From an uncultured virus (IMG/VR IMGVR_UViG_3300018478_000073) (lineage: Duplodnaviria > Heunggongvirae > Uroviricota > Caudoviricetes), in IMG/VR virus record IMGVR_UViG_3300018478_000073: DNA of 64,000 bases. The stretch is one strand, 5' to 3'. Within the stretch, counting starts at the first letter, position 1. Every line of letters starts with the position of its first letter. The notes beneath the pieces are model-generated. The model had not been told where the DNA came from. It ran no database searches and worked only from the letters and a program-made list of their open reading frames with translations. Of this stretch, positions 1 to 9,519 are shown in pieces. A program made the position numbers and the translations under genes.

Positions 1-141
1 ATGAGGAAGAATCATATGAGGAAGAATCATATGATGAGGAAGAGTCATATGATGAGGAAGAGTCATATGAGGAAGAATCATATGAGGAAGAATCATATGA
101 TGAGGAAGAATCGTATGATGAGGCAGAATCATATGATGAAG
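1..141 (+). repeat. Coding tandem repeat, 15/18-bp units (GAT)GAGGAAGARTCATAT = (D)EEESY
   Basis: About 8 units read directly. Confidence 0.9.
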
Positions 142-527
142 ATTTAGATTATTACGAAGAAGATTTTATTGATAGCAGTCAAGATTCACAGGAAGTATAT
201 TACACTGAGAAAAAGGAGAGTAATATTGTCACTGAAGAAGTAGACAATAAAAGCCGTAACAATTCTTTTAATAGTAGCAAAGATTTCTTATTGGATACAG
301 GTGACATAGAAATGAATTTCGGTCAGTGTGAAGTATCACCTAAAAAGAAAGAGGTACGTGTTGAAAGGACTAGTACTGAAGAAGTACCAAAAGAAATACG
401 AAGTTTTGTTCGACAACATCCAAGATGTACAGTACAAGATGTATTAAAGCACTATACAAAGAAGCAGTTAGAGAAAGAGATTATAACTGGTAAGATTATT
501 CAAAAGGGTAAAACATTACACATATAA
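3..527 (+). CDS. 5'-truncated acidic-repeat protein (C-terminal part)
   Basis: Frame of the 291..527 ORF is open back to the window edge and reads EEESYEEESYDEEESYD...; short basic C-terminal domain. Confidence 0.8.
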   Translation, partial: EEESYEEESYDEEESYDEEESYEEESYEEESYDEEESYDEAESYDEDLDYYEEDFIDSSQDSQEVYYTEKKESNIVTEEVDNKSRNNSFNSSKDFLLDTGDIEMNFGQCEVSPKKKEVRVERTSTEEVPKEIRSFVRQHPRCTVQDVLKHYTKKQLEKEIITGKIIQKGKTLHI

Positions 528-542
528 TTAAGGAGGTAGTTT

Positions 543-2720
543 ATGTTTAGAAAGAAAGCAATAGCAATGGGGGTATTAGTCACGATAGGGTCAACTTCAT
601 TGACTGGATGTTCTGGAAGTGAGATTGCAAGGTTAAATTCTATGAAATCTCTAAACTCTGAGGCAGATAATACAGATTATTCAATGACTTTAAATGAGAA
701 GCAGTCTTTAATATACGCTAGTGTAGCTGAAAGAACTTTATTAGATTTAAGTATTCTTGATAACTGTTCAGATGAAGAGATTCAGCAGGTAAAACAGTAC
801 ATGAATAATGTTGATTCGCAGTTATCAGGCTCATTGAGTAAGGATAATGGTGTTATAGATTCTTGTTTTACCGATTATCTATTATCTGAATTTGAGAAGT
901 CACCTTACTACTGGCAGAGAACAAGAACAGCAATCAGAGGTATTGACTCAACATCAAGAAGTATTATTGTTGATGTAACTTACAACACTATTGGGTTTGA
1001 GAAAGACGTATTAGGTGATTCATTTATAGCAAAGGGTTCACCAAATTACACAGAGAAAGAGGAGGTAAGGTATAACAGGTGGTGTGATTTGCTTGATGCT
1101 GAAATGAATGGTAATTCAGACTATCCTCGTATGTTAGATGAGTTTGTAAAAGCATACGGAAAACCAGATGATATTATTGCTTCACAGCGTAATTTAGGTT
1201 TAACTGAGCAGATTTTTGAAACAGGTAATCAACGTACGTATACTGGTTTGGTAGATAATGACTTCGACCAACAAGGGGGTAGTATGACAGTACGGTACGT
1301 TTTAGTACCTAAGTATGTGCTAGGTGTAAACTTGGGTATGGAGTGTAAGCACATGTATGTAACTGATTATGAGGTAACAAATGACAAAACTAAGAAATAC
1401 GATACATTTAAGGAAGATGGATACACAACGATAACAGATAATGTGTCAAAAGTTATTAATAGTTACTTCAAATGTATTGATGAAGCAGACATGAGTGGAT
1501 TATACAAACTTACTGATAATTTTAATTCAGTAGATAAGTACTATCAAGACTTATTTGATACGACATATACAAAGCATGGGGCTTTTTCAGTTTCATTATT
1601 TGACATTGAGGGTACTCATGTAAAAGCAGGTGTAAAGGTAGCAAGCAAGGTAAGAGCAAAAGGTTCAAATATGACAATGCCAAACTACACGGACAGGTAT
1701 TACGTAGAGCTTGAGCTTGTAGATGATTCACTAAAGGTAACAAATATGACTTTATTGTCTCGTAAGTTAGAGGGTGAGCCTGCAATTACAACTGAGGAGG
1801 CAGGTAAGGAAGGGTTTGTTGCAAGTATTGACTTAAGCAATAAAGACAAGTCTGATATAGAGAAGTTAATATGTGATTTCAGTAGTTTACAGTTATTAGG
1901 TGATGATAAGTCAGACAAGTTCATGAGTATTGTCGACTATAGTATGTCAGAGAAAAAGCTAGACTCTGCTAAGAAAGATATGGTTTCATTAGGGGGTACT
2001 AAGAAGGTAGTTTGGTTACAGAATTATCAGCAAGGTACGTCAAACTACGCAAGTGTAAAATGTAGGGAGTTGTTCCAGCAGGAGGACAATAGTATAATTG
2101 AGGCAACGGTAAACTATGAATTTATTTCAAAAGGGGATAAATGGTATATTTATGACTACAATGTATTATCTTCTTTGAAGTTAAATACAACAAACCTCAC
2201 AACATCAAATTCCTTGTGCTATGTTACACCAGGTAAGGTAGAGCAGTATACCAGTCAGATTGTATCTTCAAAGGGAGACAAGAAGGATAAGGCTGATATT
2301 GCTGAGGGTGTAGTATTTGAGCATAGTATAGTAGAACCAGTACTGAAAAATGGTACTAAGGAGCAGGGTTTGGTTAAGTTGAGTGCCAATAACTTTACAG
2401 AGGCACAATTAAGTGATGTAATTAAAGAGCTTGGTATAAAGGATTTGTCTATTGAAGATATTGATAACTTTGACAGTAAGGTAGGTTTATCTGAATCAGA
2501 CTCTATGATGAATATGTGTAAGAGTATAGGTTCTTACTACTATAATAAGACAAATAATAGATACTCAGAATCAGAGTCAAAGGAAGAGAGTGATTCTATT
2601 GACGGAGTAGTAGCTGATTTCAAAAAAGAGGCTACAGAGGGTATCAAAGGTTCTGATGATTCGACACTCAAGGATACACTTAAGGCGTTTGGAAACTTCA
2701 GTTCAAAGGCACTAAAGTAA
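543..2720 (+). CDS. Lipoprotein, 725 aa, unknown function
   Basis: AGGAGG RBS; MFRKK + hydrophobic stretch + lipobox LTGC. Confidence 0.8.
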   Translation: MFRKKAIAMGVLVTIGSTSLTGCSGSEIARLNSMKSLNSEADNTDYSMTLNEKQSLIYASVAERTLLDLSILDNCSDEEIQQVKQYMNNVDSQLSGSLSKDNGVIDSCFTDYLLSEFEKSPYYWQRTRTAIRGIDSTSRSIIVDVTYNTIGFEKDVLGDSFIAKGSPNYTEKEEVRYNRWCDLLDAEMNGNSDYPRMLDEFVKAYGKPDDIIASQRNLGLTEQIFETGNQRTYTGLVDNDFDQQGGSMTVRYVLVPKYVLGVNLGMECKHMYVTDYEVTNDKTKKYDTFKEDGYTTITDNVSKVINSYFKCIDEADMSGLYKLTDNFNSVDKYYQDLFDTTYTKHGAFSVSLFDIEGTHVKAGVKVASKVRAKGSNMTMPNYTDRYYVELELVDDSLKVTNMTLLSRKLEGEPAITTEEAGKEGFVASIDLSNKDKSDIEKLICDFSSLQLLGDDKSDKFMSIVDYSMSEKKLDSAKKDMVSLGGTKKVVWLQNYQQGTSNYASVKCRELFQQEDNSIIEATVNYEFISKGDKWYIYDYNVLSSLKLNTTNLTTSNSLCYVTPGKVEQYTSQIVSSKGDKKDKADIAEGVVFEHSIVEPVLKNGTKEQGLVKLSANNFTEAQLSDVIKELGIKDLSIEDIDNFDSKVGLSESDSMMNMCKSIGSYYYNKTNNRYSESESKEESDSIDGVVADFKKEATEGIKGSDDSTLKDTLKAFGNFSSKALK

Positions 2721-2735
2721 GTCAGGGGGTATAAC

Positions 2736-3017
2736 ATGAGGGTAACAAGAGTAAGTATAGATAGTTACACACCAAATGAGGAAATTAAGGCTACAGCTAC
2801 TGTAGTCTTAGATAACTCATTATGTATTCATCATGTACACGTAATAGGTGGTATTAACGGTGATTTTGTAGGGTTTCCTAATACAGGTTTAACAAAAATG
2901 TGTAATAACTCAAAGCGTTATACAGATATTGTACATCCTTGCAGTGAGACATTACGGTCTGATATAACAGAAAGAGTATTAAAAGAATATAGGGGGTATT
3001 CAAGAGACGGCATGTAA
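2736..3017 (+). CDS. spoVG: SpoVG-family nucleic-acid-binding protein
   Basis: KATATVVLDNSLCIHHVHVI..G..G.FVGFP and Y.DIVHP...LR..I...VL..Y match the SpoVG pattern. Confidence 0.85.
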   Translation: MRVTRVSIDSYTPNEEIKATATVVLDNSLCIHHVHVIGGINGDFVGFPNTGLTKMCNNSKRYTDIVHPCSETLRSDITERVLKEYRGYSRDGM

Positions 3018-3039
3018 AACATGACCGTCTTTCTTTTTT
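3005..3039 (+). terminator. Intrinsic terminator
   Basis: AGACGG-CATG/CATG-A-CCGTCT stem followed by T tract. Confidence 0.7.
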
Positions 3040-3102
3040 CAAGGTATATGAAGATACATTATATGTAAACTATAATTTTCAAAAATAGTAGGAGTGGATT
3101 TT

Positions 3103-4689
3103 ATGGGAGTATCGAATTTAAATTATTACAATGAGAGATACAAAGGAACACTGTCTGATGAACAGTGCCAGATTATAGAGAATCTTATGGAACTTAAGGA
3201 TAATAGTGGTGTAGTAAGTGATTTAGTTCATTCTATTAAGTTACTTTCAGATGAGGAGATAGATAATATCATAGAGAATTATGAGGCATTTGGAAGAATT
3301 TTACTAGATAAGGAATATGGCTATGGTAAGTTATTAGACTATCAAACTATCAGTGTAGCCTGTATGTATTATGCAGGCAACTGTATCTTAGGTGATTCAG
3401 TTGGTATGGGTAAAACGGTAGAGATTGCAGGGTTAATGAATATTTTAAAAGGAGAAATTGGAGACTCTTTCAGATATTTATTTTTGACTGAAAAGAAACC
3501 TAGTTCGCAGGTAAGACGTGAAATGATTAAATTCACTGGTGATTTTGCACACTTAATTCCTAGTGCGGATAAGAAAGATTTAGGAAGGTTCATGCAATAT
3601 AACAGTCCAGAGGATGAGCTTGATTATAGTATTGTAGGCACTCATGGTCTACTTAAGGCAGATATATTCGTAAGTTGGTTAAAGATGTATGCAGATGAGC
3701 ATAGGGGACAGTCACCTTTTGAGGTATTGATTGTGGATGAGAGTTCTGTACTTGGTAGTTCAAAAAGTGACATCACAAAGTCATTTAAGACATTGAGAAA
3801 GTATTTTAACCGTATTATATTCTTAAATGCCACACCTTTCGAGCATAATTTAAGAATTTTTTACACTCAGTTAGACTTACTAGATAAGACATTTCTACCA
3901 ACAGTAGCAAACTTTCAGAAAGAGTATTGCGTAATGGACTACAGGGGGATGTACCCAAGACCAACGAATAAGTACAAAAATAAGGCTCAGTTCAGACGTA
4001 ATGTAGCATACAGGTATTTTGCAAGTACCAGAAGAGATAACGGTGCAGTAATGGAGGGTTGCTCAGGGGGTATTATCGTATCAGAGTTATCTAAGAGTCA
4101 GAAAAGATTGCTAGAAAGAACATCCTTACCAAGAATGGTATACGATTGTCCTAATGCTTTGGATAGTACTATTGAGTTCAATGAGGAGAATGTACCTAAG
4201 TTGACAAGTTTAAAGAGTTTACTTGAAGGTGCTTGCGTAGATGCTCAGACGGTACTGATATTCTGTCACTTTAAGGAGGCACAGGTAAAATTAAGTGAGT
4301 GGCTCACAAATAGGGGGTATTCAAACTTTATTTTAAATGGTGATACTTCTTACGAAGACAGTCAGGGTATTATTGCAGGATTCAGAAATGGTGCATTTAA
4401 GATTCTGATTACAAATATACAGAAGAGTTTGAACTTTAATAACTGCGACTATTGTATTTTCTATACAGTAGAGCCTAACCCATCAAAAATGGTACAGTTT
4501 GAGGGAAGAATGACACGTAGTTTTGATATTTATGATAAACATGTATATATTCTATGCTCAAAGGGTGGAGAGTATGAGACATTAACAAAGGTTATTAAGG
4601 AAAGAGCGCAAGCAATGTCAGACATGACCTCAGTAGATTATTCAGTAGTTATGGATGTACTATTAGGAGGTGGAACTGATGCACTATAA
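3103..4689 (+). CDS. SNF2-family SF2 helicase/ATPase
   Basis: ILGDSVGMGKT (motif I), LIVDES (II), NATP (III), QFEGRMTR (VI); start moved to ATG 3103 behind AGGAG. Confidence 0.85.
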   Translation: MGVSNLNYYNERYKGTLSDEQCQIIENLMELKDNSGVVSDLVHSIKLLSDEEIDNIIENYEAFGRILLDKEYGYGKLLDYQTISVACMYYAGNCILGDSVGMGKTVEIAGLMNILKGEIGDSFRYLFLTEKKPSSQVRREMIKFTGDFAHLIPSADKKDLGRFMQYNSPEDELDYSIVGTHGLLKADIFVSWLKMYADEHRGQSPFEVLIVDESSVLGSSKSDITKSFKTLRKYFNRIIFLNATPFEHNLRIFYTQLDLLDKTFLPTVANFQKEYCVMDYRGMYPRPTNKYKNKAQFRRNVAYRYFASTRRDNGAVMEGCSGGIIVSELSKSQKRLLERTSLPRMVYDCPNALDSTIEFNEENVPKLTSLKSLLEGACVDAQTVLIFCHFKEAQVKLSEWLTNRGYSNFILNGDTSYEDSQGIIAGFRNGAFKILITNIQKSLNFNNCDYCIFYTVEPNPSKMVQFEGRMTRSFDIYDKHVYILCSKGGEYETLTKVIKERAQAMSDMTSVDYSVVMDVLLGGGTDAL

Positions 4690-5005
4690 TGATATCGTAT
4701 TGAAATATATTGACTACGCTGAAGACTTAATGAAAAAGAATAATATTGATTTTACGGTATTTGAGTTTAAGGAATTATTAAGAGTATCCCTATGTTATGG
4801 GTTGAATTTGCCTTACACTGTAGGTATTACTATAGACAATAAGTATATAAAGGAATGTTCAAAGGTTATATTGAAGGGTATCAAAACAAGTAACTGGACA
4901 ATAGACCATAGAATGGGGGTATTGGAGGCTTGCCTAAAAGCGTTAGTTCTTGCTATAGCCAATGCAGAAAGAGAGGAGTTAAACGATGTCGGATTGTTCT
5001 TATAA
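4679..5005 (+). CDS. Hypothetical protein
   Basis: AGGAGG RBS then ATG 4679; overlaps both neighbours. Confidence 0.65.
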   Translation: MHYNDIVLKYIDYAEDLMKKNNIDFTVFEFKELLRVSLCYGLNLPYTVGITIDNKYIKECSKVILKGIKTSNWTIDHRMGVLEACLKALVLAIANAEREELNDVGLFL

Positions 5006-5759
5006 CTGTATGGACGGATACATTATAAACCCTTACACGCACAGGAGGGAGTTATGTCCAGAATGTGCCGAGAAGAGGCATAAGATGGTAAAGACTGGTG
5101 AGGTTAAGGAGGAATTAAAATTGCCACCAAGCCTAACAGGAGGTAATTTTATACCAGATGCAGTAATTCCTAGTAGCGAGAGGTCTGCATTAGAGGCAGA
5201 CTCTGTAGATGAGATAATAGAAAAAGCGAAATCGGTTATATCGGATTTGTTGATAGGTGTATTACCAGATGAGTCATTATTATTTAATTTTGGGAGAAAG
5301 GCATATGATGCGAATTTTATAGCACCATTATTAACGAAAGCATATGAGGGTGGGTTATCAGCAGTACCTCTTCTCACACCAGTAGATATCATTCAGTCAA
5401 GACATTACTTAGACAGTGGAGATACACAGGAAAGAAAAGACATTATTTCGTACAACGATATAAGAAACAAGCAAGTATGTGTGGTATGTATTGATGCAGG
5501 TGCTACAAATGAGGAAATATTAGCGGTCAAGGGGGTAATGCAATTAAGAGCGATGTACAATTTACCTACAATTATGGTAACACATGTATGGAACTATAAT
5601 ATTGGTTGTTTGTACAATGAAGGGGGTACTAAGAGTTATAGTATTGCTACTTTATATCAAGTAAGATATAAGAATAAGAAAAATTACCAAACTATGCGAG
5701 GAAGTACAGGGAGAATGTCAGAGAGTATGTTTATGGAGGCAAAAAGTTTAGGTGTATAA
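4986..5759 (+). CDS. DnaC/DnaI/IstB-like protein with N-terminal Zn motif and degenerate P-loop
   Basis: CSYNC...CPEC N-terminus; VVCID (Walker-B-like); LRAMYNLPTIMVT resembles the R...PTIITSN motif; no GxxGxGKT. Confidence 0.5.
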   Translation: MSDCSYNCMDGYIINPYTHRRELCPECAEKRHKMVKTGEVKEELKLPPSLTGGNFIPDAVIPSSERSALEADSVDEIIEKAKSVISDLLIGVLPDESLLFNFGRKAYDANFIAPLLTKAYEGGLSAVPLLTPVDIIQSRHYLDSGDTQERKDIISYNDIRNKQVCVVCIDAGATNEEILAVKGVMQLRAMYNLPTIMVTHVWNYNIGCLYNEGGTKSYSIATLYQVRYKNKKNYQTMRGSTGRMSESMFMEAKSLGV

Positions 5760-5787
5760 TTAATTGAAGAAATATTATAAGGGGGTA

Positions 5788-5816
5788 TTGACAGTCCTTA
5801 AGGTAAATGTTATAAT
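5788..5816 (+). promoter_or_regulatory. Sigma70/SigA promoter (extended -10)
   Basis: TTGACA-17 nt-TATAAT with TG at -15/-14. Confidence 0.85.
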
Positions 5817-5821
5817 AACCT

Positions 5822-5897
5822 TGTTCAAACGACATATTGTTATAACTACCATTATTTACTGAGGCGGATTGCTAATGCGAGGCAATCCGCTATTTTT
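5822..5897 (+). ncRNA. Candidate ~75-nt small RNA
   Basis: Consensus promoter directly followed by a strong terminator with no ORF between. Confidence 0.5.
5864..5897 (+). terminator. Intrinsic terminator
   Basis: GCGGATTGC/GCAATCCGC 9-bp stem + TATTTTT. Confidence 0.85.
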
Positions 5898-6046
5898 ATG
5901 CTTTCGTGTAAAGTATATGATAAGAAGTGTTTAGTGGTAATGTAGTAATATAGTTAATATATGCTTAATGTATATGACATAGCAAGCAAAAGTTATAACA
6001 TACTTAAAATATTATATAATATAAAAAGTAAATTTTAAAGGTAATA

Positions 6047-6075
6047 TTGACATCACCTAATCTTAATGGTATAAT
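6047..6075 (+). promoter_or_regulatory. SigA promoter for topoisomerase B subunit gene
   Basis: TTGACA-17-TATAAT, TG extension. Confidence 0.85.
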
Positions 6076-6173
6076 AGTAGTATAAACCAAAAAAATTCAG
6101 GTTTTATCTGTAAGTGTTGATGCAAGTGTATAATTAAGTAGTTATTGTACATAATATAACAAGGAGGTAAATT

Positions 6174-8327
6174 ATGGGTAGTTATAATGAAAATTCTATT
6201 GATTTAAAGGAAGGTGCTAAGCGAGTACGAGATAGACCTGCGGCTATCTTAGGTAGTGATGGTTTAAAAGGTGCTCAGCATGGTGTGATTGAGTTGTTTG
6301 GTAACGCATCAGATGAGGCTTCAGCAGGTTATGGTAACAGAATAGACTTCAAGCGTTACAAAGATGGGGGTATTAGTATCCGTGATTACGGAAGAGGTGT
6401 ACCGCTAGGTTGGAACGAAAAGCGTCAGTCTTACAACTGGCATCTTATTTACAACGAAATGTACGGTGGGGGTAAATATGATGACAATCAAGAAAAATTA
6501 GCAAGTATTACAGATTGGTCTACTTTCAATGAGAAAGATTATAACTACTTGTATTCTGTAGGTTTGAACGGTTTAGGTGCTTCTGCGACACAGTATTGTT
6601 CTGAGTATTTCCACGTAGTAAGTATCAGACGGGATGAAAAAACAGGTAGGAATTACAAGTATTGGATGGACTTTGAAAAGGGATTGCCTATTATCGATGG
6701 ACAACCAGTTGACGTATTTGAGTCGAGATATGATATGTCACAGTACAATCAGGTTATCGAAGAAACAGATGAGCCAACAGGTACATTCATTCACTGGAAA
6801 CCAGACTCGGACGTATTTTCAGATGTAGATATCAAGGCAGAGTGGCTTAAGAATCTCTGTATGGATATTGCATACACAGCTAATATGGAGATTAACTTCG
6901 AAGATGAGGAATCTGGTGAATCAGTACACCTAGATGGGGGTACTCTAAGAGACTTACTTATTGCAATTAACAGTGGAAAACTTCATACGGATGAAGAGGG
7001 AAACACTTTTGTGCTTGAGATGTCAGACTTTTCACATGGTATAACAAATAAGAGTGGAAAGTCAACTATTTGGGTAGCAAAAAGTGAGATTGCAATGTCA
7101 ATTGCTAAGAATACAAAGTCAACTGGCTCTGCATGTTTTCACAATCTTGTAAGAATGCAAGAGGGTATTCAGTATTCTGCTGTTGAGGATGCGGTAAGTG
7201 ATTTTCTGGTAAAACACGCTCGTTCCAAGGGGGTATCACTACAGTATCAAGATTATGCAGGTGTATTTGCATTTGTAGTGAGTTCGTTTTCTAATATTGC
7301 ATCATTCCGTGGTCAGACAAAGGATGGTGTAGATGATGCGTTTATCTACACATTTATAAAGGATACTGTAAGTACAAGACTGGAACTTGAGTATGGAAAA
7401 GGGAATAAGGAAATTATCAGTGCTATTGAGAGGGTTATTGACCGTGCTAATATGCGTATTCAGCTCAAGGAGGCTGAGAAGCAGATTCGTACAGTCAACT
7501 CATTAGTAAACAAAAGAAAGAATCCAGAGAAGTTTGCGACATGCAAAGAGTACATGAACAAGGATTACCATAGAACTGAGTTATGGATTACAGAGGGAGA
7601 TTCCGCTAAGGGCTCTGTAATGCAGGCACGAGACAGTAAATTTCAGGCTGTATATCCAATTAGAGGTAAGAGTTTGAACATTTTAAAATCCTCAATTCAG
7701 AAGATGTTGGCAAACAAAGAGGTAATGGATATCATTTCTTTGTTGGGTACAGGTATTGATTTGAATATTGAGGGTATTGATTTATTCGATATCAATAACT
7801 TAAAGTTTGATAAGATTATTTTTGCAACAGATGCCGATGTTGACGGTTATCATATCAGAATCTTATTATTTGTATTGCTATACAGATTAGCACCAAAACT
7901 TATTACTGAGGGACATGTATTCATTGCTGAGACACCTAGATATGGGGTAGCACTAAGAGACGGAACTACAAAGTATGTACTCAACGAGGAAGAGAGAGAC
8001 GAGGTATTAAAAGAGTATGCAGGTCAGGTAGTGGACATCAAGCGGTTTAAAGGTCTTGGTGAGGTAGACCCACCGATTCTAAGAGAAACAACAGTTGGTG
8101 TAGAGCATAGAAGATTAATTCCAGTAACATGTGACTTAGATAATGATTTAGAGTGTGAACTTATTGATGCATTATTCGGTGAGGATAAGCACAAGCAGAG
8201 AAAGAGTATTCTCACAACAGTATTAGGTCAGGGTGTAGAAGATGACTTTGCCGAGGCTGTGGACATGTACAATTCTATTGATGAGGAGGATATCGATGAA
8301 GACACAGAAGTTAGGATGTGGGGATAA
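6174..8327 (+). CDS. gyrB: Type IIA topoisomerase B subunit (GyrB/ParE-like)
   Basis: GHKL motifs ELFGNASDE, DYGRGVP, GLNGLG; TOPRIM motifs ITEGDSA, PIRGK, TDADVDG; RFKGLGE. Confidence 0.92.
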   Translation: MGSYNENSIDLKEGAKRVRDRPAAILGSDGLKGAQHGVIELFGNASDEASAGYGNRIDFKRYKDGGISIRDYGRGVPLGWNEKRQSYNWHLIYNEMYGGGKYDDNQEKLASITDWSTFNEKDYNYLYSVGLNGLGASATQYCSEYFHVVSIRRDEKTGRNYKYWMDFEKGLPIIDGQPVDVFESRYDMSQYNQVIEETDEPTGTFIHWKPDSDVFSDVDIKAEWLKNLCMDIAYTANMEINFEDEESGESVHLDGGTLRDLLIAINSGKLHTDEEGNTFVLEMSDFSHGITNKSGKSTIWVAKSEIAMSIAKNTKSTGSACFHNLVRMQEGIQYSAVEDAVSDFLVKHARSKGVSLQYQDYAGVFAFVVSSFSNIASFRGQTKDGVDDAFIYTFIKDTVSTRLELEYGKGNKEIISAIERVIDRANMRIQLKEAEKQIRTVNSLVNKRKNPEKFATCKEYMNKDYHRTELWITEGDSAKGSVMQARDSKFQAVYPIRGKSLNILKSSIQKMLANKEVMDIISLLGTGIDLNIEGIDLFDINNLKFDKIIFATDADVDGYHIRILLFVLLYRLAPKLITEGHVFIAETPRYGVALRDGTTKYVLNEEERDEVLKEYAGQVVDIKRFKGLGEVDPPILRETTVGVEHRRLIPVTCDLDNDLECELIDALFGEDKHKQRKSILTTVLGQGVEDDFAEAVDMYNSIDEEDIDEDTEVRMWG

Positions 8328-8898
8328 GATTGTATTTTTAGATATCGAGACCACTGGGTTATCATACTCAGTGGACGATATCATTGAGGTAGGTGCATGG
8401 TTGTATTGTGACGGAGTAGCTATCAATAAGTTTGAGAGGAGAATTAAGCCAGAAAGATATGTAAGTGAGACAGTAAGACGTATTACTGGAATCTCAAACG
8501 AGGACTTGGCTGATTGTGATACGATGCAGAATGTATTACCTGAGTTCTTCGATTTTGTAGGGAGTAATGATATAGCAGGGTATAATATCCAGTTTGACTA
8601 CAAGTTCTTATGCTACAAGGCGAAGGTATTAGGCTACGACTTTACATTAGGGGGTATGCGTAGAGGTGTTGATGTCTTAAAATCTGTAAGGAAGTGCTTC
8701 GACTTACCAAGTTATAAGTTAGGGGACGTATGTGTATCATTAGGTGTTCCATCAGAGCCAGACAGATTACATACTGCACTGTATGATGCGTATATGACAA
8801 AGCTAGTATATGATAGGTGCAAGTATGAAATTCCATATTTGCTAGATGATACAAAGTATGGTAGACCAGTTATAACAGATACGTTAGACCTATTTTAG
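8296..8898 (+). CDS. DEDDh 3'-5' exonuclease (DnaQ/PolC-exo-like)
   Basis: FLDIETTGL, GYNIQFD, HTALYDA; GAGGAGG RBS before ATG 8296. Confidence 0.9.
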   Translation: MKTQKLGCGDKIVFLDIETTGLSYSVDDIIEVGAWLYCDGVAINKFERRIKPERYVSETVRRITGISNEDLADCDTMQNVLPEFFDFVGSNDIAGYNIQFDYKFLCYKAKVLGYDFTLGGMRRGVDVLKSVRKCFDLPSYKLGDVCVSLGVPSEPDRLHTALYDAYMTKLVYDRCKYEIPYLLDDTKYGRPVITDTLDLF

Positions 8899-8907
8899 GG
8901 GGTAGTT

Positions 8908-9432
8908 ATGAGGGTTTTAAAGAAAAGTAAGGTATTGAAACTTATACTTACATTGCTACCATTATCCTTAGTAGTAGTTTATGTTGCATGTTTTATGTTA
9001 GATTTTATAGGATTATATGGTGTTGCTAAGACAAACAGCAATAAAATAAAGTCGGACAAGTCTGTAATAAAAATTGTGGAGTATGAGGATAAGGGTAAAG
9101 GTGAGTATAAGCTAGTGGGTTTAGACGGGGTAGTACAGAATGTAAGTAACCCAACCATTACATTGACATTAGGTAGTAACGCAAATATTTCTTACTACTC
9201 AAAAGACGGTAATGCTATTATGACACCGTTAGGTAAGGATTTCTGTGATAATTATCTAATACATAGTAATATATGGGTAGTGTTAATGTCTTTAGTACCA
9301 TTATCATATGTAGTTTTATATGCTACTAGTGGAGATAAAAAGACTTTACCAAGAAGATTAGCAATTTGTGGGTATGGCGTTAGTTATATTTTAATATTCC
9401 TGTGTTTCGCATTAGTTTACACATATTTTTAA
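8908..9432 (+). CDS. Membrane protein (about 3 TM)
   Basis: Three hydrophobic segments. Confidence 0.7.
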   Translation: MRVLKKSKVLKLILTLLPLSLVVVYVACFMLDFIGLYGVAKTNSNKIKSDKSVIKIVEYEDKGKGEYKLVGLDGVVQNVSNPTITLTLGSNANISYYSKDGNAIMTPLGKDFCDNYLIHSNIWVVLMSLVPLSYVVLYATSGDKKTLPRRLAICGYGVSYILIFLCFALVYTYF

Positions 9433-9461
9433 GAGATACTCTTAAAAGTACTGACATATGC

Positions 9462-9490
9462 TTGACTTTTACTGATATAAATGGTATAAT
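9462..9490 (+). promoter_or_regulatory. SigA promoter for topoisomerase A subunit gene
   Basis: TTGACT-17-TATAAT, TG extension. Confidence 0.8.
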
Positions 9491-9519
9491 AACAATATAA
9501 GAATTTGAAAGGAGTCATT

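Noticed and set aside
1..141. CRISPR-like short repeats
   Set aside because: Units are contiguous with no unique spacers and are in-frame codons of an acidic protein
5844..5854. sRNA seed complementary to the first NADAR start region (46595-46605)
   Set aside because: An 11-nt AT-rich match is expected by chance; a longer match occurs mid-gene near 31632
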